NCBI GenBank assembly: GCA_039798785.1
Contig: JBDKFG010000057.1
Span: forward strand, 1-54,327
Direction of reading: 5' to 3'
DNA length: 54,327 nucleotides
DNA from: Verrucomicrobiota bacterium
GTDB lineage: Bacteria > Verrucomicrobiota > Lentisphaeria > Lentisphaerales > Lentisphaeraceae
Part shown: piece after piece, positions 30,367-38,495 of the stretch
Layout: the number at the start of each line of letters is the position of its first letter
Position numbering within the stretch: position 1 is the stretch's first letter
Made by a program: the position numbers and the translations under genes
Notes under the pieces: model-generated
What the model saw: only the letters and a program-made list of their open reading frames with translations
What the model was told of the DNA's origin: nothing
The model's database searches: none

Positions 30367-31107
30367 CTAGCAGCTCAAGATCTTCACCAGTCCCGCTACT
30401 TTCTCGACACTGGTGCCCTGCAGAAGATACTCCTTGTCGAGGGAATCCTTGCCCATGCTGACGGCGGGATTGCGGTAAGTCATGCCGCTGTCGCGCCAGA
30501 CCGTGGCGGAGCTGTGGAAGGCGGAGGCGCCGGTCTCGGCGCGGATGCGGGCGAGATTGTTTTCGTTGATGCCGCAGCCGGGCATGATCTCAATGCGTCC
30601 GGCGGCTTGCACGACGAGCTGGCGAAGCAGCGGGATGCCGGCCTCGGCGTTGGGACGCTGGCCCGAGCTGAGCAGGGTGTCGACGCCGAGGCGGATGAGC
30701 TGCTCGAGGGTCTCTTCCGGTTCGCGGCACATGTCGAAGGCGCGGTGGAAGGCGACCTTGAGTGGACGGGCAAGCTCGACCAGGCGGGCAGTGCGTTCGT
30801 AGTCGAGGCGACCATCGGCGAGGAGCAGGCCGAAGACGACACCTTCGAGTCCGGCTTCCTGGATGTCGAGGATGTCGCGGCGCATCAATTCGAACTCGGT
30901 GTCGGAGTAGAGGAAGTCGCCGCCGCGCGGGCGCACCATGGCGCGCACCGGGATCGAGAGGCGTTCTTGCGCCAGACGCAAAGCCGAGCGGCTCGGGGTG
31001 GTGCCGCCTTCGCCGGGACCGGCGCAGAGCTCAATGCGAGAAGCACCCCCCGCCTGGGCGGCGAGGGCGGCGTCGAGGGAGTAGCAGCAGATTTCGAGGA
31101 GGGGCAT
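30367..31107 (-). CDS. cutC: Copper homeostasis protein CutC
   Basis: 'LEICC', 'GGASRIELC..GEGGTTPS', 'MVRPRGGDFLYS', 'FHRAFD', 'LSSGQ'. Confidence 0.96.
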   Translation of the reverse strand: MPLLEICCYSLDAALAAQAGGASRIELCAGPGEGGTTPSRSALRLAQERLSIPVRAMVRPRGGDFLYSDTEFELMRRDILDIQEAGLEGVVFGLLLADGRLDYERTARLVELARPLKVAFHRAFDMCREPEETLEQLIRLGVDTLLSSGQRPNAEAGIPLLRQLVVQAAGRIEIMPGCGINENNLARIRAETGASAFHSSATVWRDSGMTYRNPAVSMGKDSLDKEYLLQGTSVEKVAGLVKILSC

Positions 31108-31117
31108 GAGGGACCAA

Positions 31118-31193
31118 TTAAGAGTTAAGAGTTAAGAGTTAAGAGTTAAGAGTTAAGAGTTAAGAGTTAAGAGTTAAGAGTTAAGAGTTAAGA
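31118..31193. repeat. Perfect heptamer tandem repeat (TTAAGAG)x10 plus a partial unit
   Basis: Direct count from 31118. Confidence 0.97.
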
Positions 31194-31360
31194 ATGTGGC
31201 TCGATCGTCCCGATCGAATGGCTTGCTTGAGCTCCAATGTGGCTCGATCGTCCCGATCGAGAAAGGAGCGCGGGCGTCCCGCCCGTGAGCATGACAGGCG
31301 AACGCCTGCCCTCCTTTGAGCTGCTTCGAACAACTCGATCGGGACGATCGAGCCACATTG
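31193..31360. repeat. REP cluster: GTGG-CTCGATCG-TCC-CGATCGAG, two forward copies and one inverted, around a GCGGGCGTCCCGCCCG hairpin
   Basis: The same 23-nt core also occurs at 30303, 32841 (variant), 34310-34483 and 34821-34905. Confidence 0.9.
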
Positions 31361-31370
31361 TCGCGCCACG

Positions 31371-32795
31371 TCATTTGTTTTGCTCGCCGCAAGGGTGTTT
31401 CTCGGGTCGCTCGCCCAAGCCGAAGTGGGCGATCTTGTAGAGGAATTTGATCTCGAATTCAAGGCAGGCGCCGCGGCCCTCGTTAAAGACTTCGTACTTC
31501 ATCGGCTTGCCCTCGTGATCTTGCGAAGGCAGCGGAATGCCGCTGAGATCAGCGGGATAAGTCCCGTTCTTGCGCTTATACAGCTCCAAGGCGAGGCCCA
31601 GACGGAACTGGCGGATCTTCGCGGCTTCAGTCTGGAGTTTGGTTTGGACATTGCCTAACGCGGGCAATAACATCTTGCCCATGTAGCTGAGCTCATTACT
31701 CGGCGGAATGGGCTTGCCGGCGATGGGGATTTCATAATCCCTGAGAAAGTGCAGGCCATCGATGTAGCGAAGACAGGTGCGATAATAAATCTGCCAGAAC
31801 CATTCCTCATTATTTCCAAATGCTAGGGAAACGCCTTCGATATTGGTGCCGCGGAGTTGAATCGCCTCCACCGCCATGATTCGTTCGGCAATCATCATCT
31901 GGGCCCAGGTTTTCGGCCAAGGTTCAAGCTTGTCTGCGGCAGTTTTGATCTCCAGCAATTCGGCATCGCTCAAACAAGAAATTTGCTCGCCGAGATTGGC
32001 GCAGACGATGCCGGTGAGGGCGACATGAACAAGGCTGCTGATGAGAAAGCTTTCGTCATTCAGCATTCGCGGCGTCCGCAACAGCATGAGGCGGCAGCGC
32101 TGGGCCAGAACGGGCTCGCCGAGAGCTTGGTAATAGCGGCTGAGATCGACCAGGAGATTGCAGCTTTGGCGGCAAAAGCTCAGGTGGGGCAGGAGGATTC
32201 CCCAGGACGGGCTTCTGTACTCGGTGCTGAAGTGGAAATGCGGCTTGGCCAAGGCGGTTTCGAGGCGATCGAGCAAGTCGGGTTGCTCGCTCAGCAGCAT
32301 GGCGAGATCGCGATATTGCTGACGGATTTCTTTGGCATCGTCAAGCTTCTTCTTCTCGGCCGGAGTGAGCGCGGCGGGGGCCGATTTTACCGTCGCCACG
32401 GCTTCTCGACGGGCCTTGCGCTCTTCCGGGCTGAGCTCGGCAAACACGTCTTTCACGGCGCTTTGGATCTCTTTCAAGGCGGGTTCATCCAGGATCAAGT
32501 GGCGCAGCTCCTCGGGGCCCAGGCCACCCAGCCCCAGACGGGGGGCGTTTTTGTAGCCCTGATATTCCTTGATGTCGCGGAAGATCGCTTCGATCAAAGG
32601 GCCGCCATTGTCCTCGGCAGGGACAGGTTTCGGCTTCAGGTCGGCCGCGCAAACTGGCTCGCCCCGCGCCTGGATTTCGGCGACGCGACGCTCGAAGGCC
32701 GAGCGCCAGGGAAGCCCAGCGATGAAGACGCCGACAAAGAGCCAGACGCCGAGAAAGCTGGCGATCCAGAGAACGAGTTTTTTGCGATTGCTCAT
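31371..32795 (-). CDS. Membrane-anchored PVC-family protein, paralog 2
   Basis: Same family motifs: 'LLPHLSFCRQ', 'DESFLISSLV', 'QFRLGLALELYKRKNGTYPADL'. Confidence 0.8.
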   Translation of the reverse strand: MSNRKKLVLWIASFLGVWLFVGVFIAGLPWRSAFERRVAEIQARGEPVCAADLKPKPVPAEDNGGPLIEAIFRDIKEYQGYKNAPRLGLGGLGPEELRHLILDEPALKEIQSAVKDVFAELSPEERKARREAVATVKSAPAALTPAEKKKLDDAKEIRQQYRDLAMLLSEQPDLLDRLETALAKPHFHFSTEYRSPSWGILLPHLSFCRQSCNLLVDLSRYYQALGEPVLAQRCRLMLLRTPRMLNDESFLISSLVHVALTGIVCANLGEQISCLSDAELLEIKTAADKLEPWPKTWAQMMIAERIMAVEAIQLRGTNIEGVSLAFGNNEEWFWQIYYRTCLRYIDGLHFLRDYEIPIAGKPIPPSNELSYMGKMLLPALGNVQTKLQTEAAKIRQFRLGLALELYKRKNGTYPADLSGIPLPSQDHEGKPMKYEVFNEGRGACLEFEIKFLYKIAHFGLGERPEKHPCGEQNK

Positions 32796-32877
32796 TTCGG
32801 GTTTTTCCTAGGTCGGAGGGCTTTTAGGGTCTCAATGGGACTAGATCGTCCCGATCGAGTCCCATTGTCGAGCCACG

Positions 32878-34284
32878 TCATTTGGCTTGCTCGCCGCAAG
32901 GGTGTTTCTCGAGTCGCTCGCCCAAGCCGAAGTGGGCAGTTTTGCAACTCAATTTGTTCTCGAACTCGAGACAGGCGCCGCGGCCTTCGTTGAAGACTTC
33001 GTACTTCATCGGCTTGCCCTCGTGATCATGAGAAGGCAGGGAGATGCCGCTGAGATCGGCGGGATAGGTCCCGGTCCTGCGCTTGTGCAGCTCCAAGGCG
33101 AGACCGAGGCGGAACTGGCGGATCTTCGCGGCTTCGATCTGAAACTTGGTATGGACAGTGTCCAATCCGGGCAGGAGTATGCCGCCCATGAAGCTCAGTT
33201 TGTTTTTGGGCGGAATCGGGTTGCCGGCGATCGCGAGATCAAAATCCTGGAGGCAGTACAAGCCGTCGAAGTAGCGCAGGCAGCTGCGGAAATAAATCTG
33301 CCCTCCCACGATCCCTTCCGACGCTTCTGCGATCGTGGTTCCGGGCAGTTGAATCGCCTCGACCGCGTTGACTCTTGTCACCATCATCATCTGAGCCCTG
33401 GATATCGGCCAGGCTTCGAGTGACTCGGCCGCGGCAAGTAGTTCCAGCAATTCGTCATCCCTCAAACGGGGGAATTGTTCGCCGAGATGGGAGCAGACGA
33501 TGCCGGTGAGGGAGGCATGAACAAGGCCGCTGAAGAGGAAGGGCTCGTCCTTGAGCATTTGCGGCGTCCGCAACAGCATCAGGCGGCAACGCAGGGCCGG
33601 GATGGGCTCGCCGAGTGCCTCATAATACCGGCTGAGATCAACCAGAAGATTGCCGATTTGGCGGCAGAAACTCAAGTGGGGCAGGAGAATTCTCCAAGAC
33701 GGGCTTTTGTACTCGGTGCTGAATTGGCAATGCGGCTTGGCGAGAGCCTTTTCGAGGCGATCCAGCAAGTCGGGTTGCTCGCTCAGCAGCAAGGTCAGAT
33801 CGCGATACTGCTTGCGGATTTTTTCTTCATCGTCGAGCTTGTTTTTCTCTGTCTGACTGAGCCCCGCGATTTTGGCCGCCTTCAGCGTCCGGCTTCTTTT
33901 TCTCTGGGCTTCAAGCTCTTCCGGGCTGAACGCTGCAAACTTGGCTTTTTCGATCTTTTCCAAGTCCATGGCCGCTTTTTCCAGCAGGATCAGATGGCGG
34001 AGTTCTTCGGGACGCAGTACGGCACCCAGATAAGTGTTTTTCCAAGCCGGATATTCTTTGATGTCGCGGACGATGACTTCGATCAAGGGGCCGCCGTTGT
34101 CCTCGGCGGGGACGGTTTTGGGCTTCAAGTCGGCGGCGCACACCGGTTCGCCACGGGCCTGGTATTTGGCGACGCGGTGTTCAAAGGCCCAGCGCCAGGG
34201 CAGGCCGAGGATGAAGATGGCGGCAAAGAGCCCGACGCCGAGAAAGCCGAGGATCCAGCGCCAAAGTTTTTTGCGATCGCTCAT
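32878..34284 (-). CDS. Membrane-anchored PVC-family protein, paralog 3 (tandem duplicate of paralog 2)
   Basis: Long near-identical stretches with 31371-32795, including the C-terminus 'HFGLGER.EKHPCGEQ.K'. Confidence 0.8.
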   Translation of the reverse strand: MSDRKKLWRWILGFLGVGLFAAIFILGLPWRWAFEHRVAKYQARGEPVCAADLKPKTVPAEDNGGPLIEVIVRDIKEYPAWKNTYLGAVLRPEELRHLILLEKAAMDLEKIEKAKFAAFSPEELEAQRKRSRTLKAAKIAGLSQTEKNKLDDEEKIRKQYRDLTLLLSEQPDLLDRLEKALAKPHCQFSTEYKSPSWRILLPHLSFCRQIGNLLVDLSRYYEALGEPIPALRCRLMLLRTPQMLKDEPFLFSGLVHASLTGIVCSHLGEQFPRLRDDELLELLAAAESLEAWPISRAQMMMVTRVNAVEAIQLPGTTIAEASEGIVGGQIYFRSCLRYFDGLYCLQDFDLAIAGNPIPPKNKLSFMGGILLPGLDTVHTKFQIEAAKIRQFRLGLALELHKRRTGTYPADLSGISLPSHDHEGKPMKYEVFNEGRGACLEFENKLSCKTAHFGLGERLEKHPCGEQAK

Positions 34285-34309
34285 GGGGAGTTTCTTCTTG
34301 GGTTTATGA

Positions 34310-34510
34310 GCTCAATGTGGCTCGATCGTCCCGATCGAGTGTGGCTGACTGCTTGTGCTCAATGTGGCTCGATCGTCCCGATCGAGTGTGGCTGACTGCT
34401 TGTGCTCAATGTGGCTCGATCGTCCCGATCGAGTGTGGCTGGCTGCTTGTGCTCAATGTGGCTCGATCGTCCCGATCGAGTGTTCCTCTCGACCAAGATG
34501 GTCGAGCCAC
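34310..34510 (+). repeat. Tandem REP array: 47-bp unit at 34310, 34357, 34404 and 34451, plus a diverged inverted copy at 34488-34510
   Basis: Unit GCTCAATGTGGCTCGATCGTCCCGATCGAGTGTGGCTGACTGCTTGT; the last unit is partial. Confidence 0.95.
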
Positions 34511-34518
34511 GGTCAGGA

Positions 34519-34731
34519 TCAGCGTGACAGAAGACGGGCTTTGAGATCCTCCCAGGAGATTTCGTCATCAGGATTTATTTGGGCTGCGGCAAGCCGACGA
34601 TCCAACTCCTCATGCTGCTCCTGACTCAAACCCAAGGAGCTTGCGGGAATGCTGTCCCAGAGTTCTTCGATGAGCTCCAGCCGATCGGCGACACTGAGTT
34701 GCAGCAAGTCTGAGCGGTTGATTACAGGCAT
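34519..34731 (-). CDS. Putative addiction-module component (TIGR02574-like antitoxin), orphan
   Basis: 'LLQLSVADRLELIEELWDSI', 'QHEELDRRL', 'ISWEDLKARL'; RBS GAGGAGG. Confidence 0.85.
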   Translation of the reverse strand: MPVINRSDLLQLSVADRLELIEELWDSIPASSLGLSQEQHEELDRRLAAAQINPDDEISWEDLKARLLSR

Positions 34732-34820
34732 CGGAAGTCCTCCTCCTCTCAAAATATAGAATGGCTTGGCCCAGAACCCAAGAGGGCGCGGGATTTTTAT
34801 AGCGCTTGACTAGGGGACAA

Positions 34821-34910
34821 CTCGATCGGGACGATCGAGCCACATTGAGCGCACTCGATCGGGACGATCGAGCCACATTGAGCGCACTCGATCGGGACGA
34901 TCGAGTCCCA
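34821..34910 (-). repeat. Tandem REP array, inverted orientation: 33-bp unit at 34821, 34854 and 34887
   Basis: Unit CTCGATCGGGACGATCGAGCCACATTGAGCGCA; the last unit is partial. Confidence 0.95.
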
Positions 34911-34917
34911 TCAGAGC

Positions 34918-35520
34918 TCAGAGCGAGGCGAGGGCCGCGACGATTTCGTCGATCTCGGGGAGCTTGTCCTTGCCGTCCTCCTGGCGGGGTTTGAGGATGT
35001 CGACGCCGAGTGCCTTCAGGCGCTTCAGGCTGTCGATGAGGATGGCGTTGTGCATGGTGCCGTGCATGCAGGGCAAAACGGCGATGCGGCAACGCTTGGC
35101 TTCGAGGCGGCCGAGGGCGCTGGCGAGGACGGTGCCGAGCACGCCGCTGGCGAGGCCGCAGGCGAAGGAGTTGATGGTGTTGTAGGTCGCCGGGGCGACG
35201 AGGAAGTAGTCGTAAGGCAGATCGCCTTCGACGTGTTCGGCGTCGGCGCTGAGGCTGGTCACCGGCTTCTCGCCGCTGGTCCATTCGAGGGCCATCGGGG
35301 TGACGAAGTCGAGGGCGCTGGCGCTGCAGAAGGCGCGCACCGAGGCGCCCTCGCGACGCAGGGCGCGGGCGAGGTCGGGGGTGCGGTAGGCGGCGATGCT
35401 GCCGCCAATCAGGAGGGCGACGCGTTTGCCCGCGAGGCGTCCGGCGGGCTTGAGCGCGATGGCCTTGTCACGGGCCTCGGCGGCGCCTGCGGGAGGCGCA
35501 AAATTCCAGTCCGCACTCAT
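34918..35520 (-). CDS. coaC: Stand-alone HFCD flavoprotein (phosphopantothenoylcysteine decarboxylase-like)
   Basis: Start MSADWNF; 'GGSIAAYRTP', 'EHV', 'VAPATYNTI', 'PCMHGTM'; no CoaB domain. Confidence 0.7.
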   Translation of the reverse strand: MSADWNFAPPAGAAEARDKAIALKPAGRLAGKRVALLIGGSIAAYRTPDLARALRREGASVRAFCSASALDFVTPMALEWTSGEKPVTSLSADAEHVEGDLPYDYFLVAPATYNTINSFACGLASGVLGTVLASALGRLEAKRCRIAVLPCMHGTMHNAILIDSLKRLKALGVDILKPRQEDGKDKLPEIDEIVAALASL

Positions 35521-36395
35521 CAGAGTTTCGCCGGATATTGGCCGGCGGCGTGCAGTGCGTCGAGACGCGCCTTCACCTCCGGCTTGTCTTCTTGGTAGGT
35601 GACGCCGAACCACTGCGACGAGGTGTCGAGCACGGCGACCTTCTCGCCTTCTTCCTTGATCAGGTTGTCGACGACTTTCGGGATGAAGAATTCGCTCTTC
35701 ATTTCGTTTCCTTCGGCGGCGAGGAATTTGGAGAAACGGCTTGCGAGCTGAGCGAAGAGGCGCGGAGTGAAACCCCACATGTTCATCGACACCGGCTCGT
35801 GGCCCTTGAGCTGGTCGCCGGCGTCGGAGACGATGAACTCGCCCTTGCGGATCAGGCCGGTGGTCTCGCGGACGCCGGTGAGGTTGCCGTTCTGAACCTG
35901 GCAGAGACCGCGGGTGACGGTGCCGTTTTCCGACAGCGTCTTGCCGATCTGGAAGCCGACCATGCAGAACTGGTCCTTGCCTTGGCGGAAGAATTCGGCG
36001 GCCTGCTTATAGGCATCGGCGCCGTAGAAGTCATCGCCGTTGATGGCGACGAAGGGCTCATTGACGACATCTTTGGCGCTGAGGATGGCTTGGCCGGTGC
36101 CCCAGGGTTTGGTGCGGCCTTCCGGCACTTTCCGGCCATCGGGAAGATCGTCGATGCTTTGGAAAGCGTAGGCGACTTCGATGCGGCCTTCGAAGCGCGA
36201 GCCGATCTGGTCGCGGAACTCCTTTTCGAAGTCGCGGCGGATGATGAAGACGACCTTGGTGAAACCGGCGCGCATGGCGTCGTAGACCGAGTAGTGGATG
36301 ATCGATTCACCGGAGGGACCAAACTGGTCCATTTGTTTGAGGCCGCCGTAGCGGGAGCCCATGCCTGCGGCCATGACGACGAGTGCGAGTTTCAT
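35520..36395 (-). CDS. Nucleotidyltransferase (NDP-sugar pyrophosphorylase family)
   Basis: 'MAAGMGSRYGGLKQ', 'RTKPWGTG', 'INGDDFYG', 'WFGVTYQED'. Confidence 0.9.
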   Translation of the reverse strand: MKLALVVMAAGMGSRYGGLKQMDQFGPSGESIIHYSVYDAMRAGFTKVVFIIRRDFEKEFRDQIGSRFEGRIEVAYAFQSIDDLPDGRKVPEGRTKPWGTGQAILSAKDVVNEPFVAINGDDFYGADAYKQAAEFFRQGKDQFCMVGFQIGKTLSENGTVTRGLCQVQNGNLTGVRETTGLIRKGEFIVSDAGDQLKGHEPVSMNMWGFTPRLFAQLASRFSKFLAAEGNEMKSEFFIPKVVDNLIKEEGEKVAVLDTSSQWFGVTYQEDKPEVKARLDALHAAGQYPAKL

Positions 36396-36427
36396 GTTGG
36401 GGGTCCTTGTTGGATTTGATTTGTTAG

Positions 36428-36812
36428 CCTGGGAGCGCCGGCTGCCAGCCGGTCCGTTCTGTCGCTCCCCTACTGGATCGCTGGCGTCCCGCCGGCTGTA
36501 GTTGCTAATTTTGCCCCAGCGGGGCAGCCGGCAGATAGCCCAGGGTGTAGCGACGAGGCACGAGTCGCAAACCCTGGGTGGAAGAGGAAAAGATTCGCAG
36601 CCCCGGAGGGGCGTTCAGAATGTTGCGGGGTGCGCAATGGACGGCACTCTGAACGCCCCGCTAGGGCAAGAGGAAGGCCCGGCACGGAGGCCGGGGCTCC
36701 CAGGAAAGCGAAGCCGGCAGGATGCCGGCGAGCCCAGTGGGGAGCGGCAGAACACACCCGGCGGGACGCCGGGGCTCCCAGAGAACAAGGCCGGCGGGAC
36801 GCCGGCGATCCA
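36428..36812. repeat. Composite REP cluster: about six CTGGGAGC/GCCGGC-type hairpin units enclosing a CCCAGGG-family element at 36511-36669
   Basis: Units such as CTGGATCGCTGGCGTCCCGCCGGC and inverted CCGGCGGGACGCCGGGGCTCCCAG. Shares 40 bp with 16095 and one unit with about 30333-30358. Confidence 0.85.
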
Positions 36813-36836
36813 ATAGATGAACGAAGCGGCATGAGC

Positions 36837-37853
36837 TCACTCCTGGCTGAGGCGGGCGAGCTTCTCCAGGGTGGCGGCGGCGGCGGCGGAGTCGAGGGCG
36901 GCACGGGCCAAGGGAAGGGCGGCGGCGATGTCGGGGGCCTTGCCGGCGGTGTAGAGGCCGGCGGCGGCGGAGAGGAGGACGGCGTCGCGGAAGGCGGATT
37001 TCTCGCCAGAAAGGAGGCGGCGGATGGCGAGGGCGTTGTCCTCGGGTTCACCGCCGGCGAGGGCTGAGGCGGCAACAAAAGACAGGCCGTAGTCGCGGGG
37101 GTCGAGTTCCCATTCGGTGATTTGCGTTCCGCGCACTTCGAGGACGAGCGTCTTGTCGCAGAGGGTGATTTCGTCGAGGCCGTCGCGTCCGTGGACAAAG
37201 AGCATGTGATCGGCGAGGCCGGATTCGGCGACGGCGCTGGCCATGATGCGGACGGCGCGTTCCGAGTAGGCGCCGAAGAGGCCGCGGCGGACGCCGGCGG
37301 GGTTGCAGAGGGGTCCGCAGAGATTGAAGAGGGTGCGGATGCCGATGGCGCGGCGGGCTTCGACGGTGTGGCGCGCGGCGGGATGCAGAGCGGGGGCGAA
37401 GAGGAAGGCGATGCCGGCGTCCTTGAGGCAGATCTCCATGCGCTCAGGCGAGGTGTCGGCCTTGACCCCGAGGCAGCTCAGGACGTCGGCGGAGCCGGAG
37501 CGCGAGGAGAAGGCGCGGTTGCCGTGTTTGGCGACGGTGGCGCCCGCGGCGGCGGCGACGAGGGCGGCGGCGGTCGAGATGTTGAGAGTGGCGGCGCCGT
37601 CGCCACCGGTGCCGACGATGTCGATCGCCTTGGCATCGGGACAGGGGACGAAGCGGGCGTGGGAGCGCATTGAGCGGACCGCGGCGCCGAGCTCGGCAGC
37701 GGATTCGCCTTTCATCGACAGGGCGACGAGGAGGCCGGCGACCGAGACCGGCGGGATGTCGCCGCGGAAGAGCCCTTCCATGATCTCGGTCATGCGGGCG
37801 GCGGGGATGTCGCGATGAGCGGCGGCAGAGCGGATGGCGTCGCGGATGTCCAT
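36837..37853 (-). CDS. trpD: Anthranilate phosphoribosyltransferase
   Basis: 'DIVGTGGDG..TLNIST', 'AKHGNR..SSRSGSADVL', 'RTLFNLCGPL.NPA', 'DGLDEI'. Confidence 0.96.
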   Translation of the reverse strand: MDIRDAIRSAAAHRDIPAARMTEIMEGLFRGDIPPVSVAGLLVALSMKGESAAELGAAVRSMRSHARFVPCPDAKAIDIVGTGGDGAATLNISTAAALVAAAAGATVAKHGNRAFSSRSGSADVLSCLGVKADTSPERMEICLKDAGIAFLFAPALHPAARHTVEARRAIGIRTLFNLCGPLCNPAGVRRGLFGAYSERAVRIMASAVAESGLADHMLFVHGRDGLDEITLCDKTLVLEVRGTQITEWELDPRDYGLSFVAASALAGGEPEDNALAIRRLLSGEKSAFRDAVLLSAAAGLYTAGKAPDIAAALPLARAALDSAAAAATLEKLARLSQE

Positions 37854-37855
37854 GA

Positions 37856-38350
37856 TCAGTTGCCCTCCCGCATGGGTGAGTAGAAGGCGAAGGGGACGGA
37901 GCGGGTTAAGCCGTCGCGGCATTCGATATGGAGGGCGAAGACATCGCCGGGGTAGACGGAGAGTGGGAAGGGCTGATCGTTGTGCATCAGGAGCTGGGTG
38001 AGGAAGTGGCCGCAGTCGGGTTCATGGAGGACGGCGGCAATGGTGGCTGGGGTATGGAGGTCGGCGCCGATGGCGCTGAGCAGGTCATCGAGACCGGCTC
38101 CTGGGGCGAGGGAGGTGAAGGCTTCGACTTCGCCGCCGAGGGCATCGCGGAGGGCGTTGGCGGTTTCGGCGGAGCGGCGGAAGGGGGAGGAGAGGATGCG
38201 GCTGGGGCAGAGGCCGCGGTCGCGGAGGAAGTCGGCGGCGGCGGCGGCGTGGCGGCGTCCCTGGGCGTCGAGCTGGCGTTCGGCGTCGAAGGTGCAAGCG
38301 GCGGCGTCCTTGGTGACGGCGAGGGCGTGGCGGATGAGGATGAGCTTCAT
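37856..38350 (-). CDS. sixA: SixA-like phosphohistidine phosphatase
   Basis: 'LILIRHA', 'DAERQL..GR', 'SSPFRRSAETA', 'HEP'. Confidence 0.85.
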   Translation of the reverse strand: MKLILIRHALAVTKDAAACTFDAERQLDAQGRRHAAAAADFLRDRGLCPSRILSSPFRRSAETANALRDALGGEVEAFTSLAPGAGLDDLLSAIGADLHTPATIAAVLHEPDCGHFLTQLLMHNDQPFPLSVYPGDVFALHIECRDGLTRSVPFAFYSPMREGN

Positions 38351-38363
38351 GGGAGCACCAGCA

Positions 38364-38489
38364 GTTGGAAGGTTGAAAGATTGAAAGGTTGAAAGGCGGA
38401 GCGGCAATGAGCCGTAGAAGTTGAAAGGTTTGAAGCGAATCTGAGTCCGATTGCCGGGTTGTTCGGCGCTTGACCTTTCAACCTTTCAA
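38364..38489. repeat. Octamer (GTTGAAAG)n array with an inverted copy (CCTTTCAA)x2
   Basis: Four degenerate units at 38364-38395, a further unit near 38420, inverted units at 38473-38489. Confidence 0.75.
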
Positions 38490-38495
38490 GCCGGT

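Noticed and set aside
31371..34284. Diversity-generating retroelement (TR/VR pair in the near-identical 3' ends)
   Set aside because: Both copies are full genes, the differences do not look adenine-specific by eye, and there is no reverse transcriptase in the window.
34310..34910. CRISPR array
   Set aside because: The intervening sequences are identical or nearly so, they are too short, the repeat also occurs dispersed and inverted, and no cas genes are present. This fits REP arrays.
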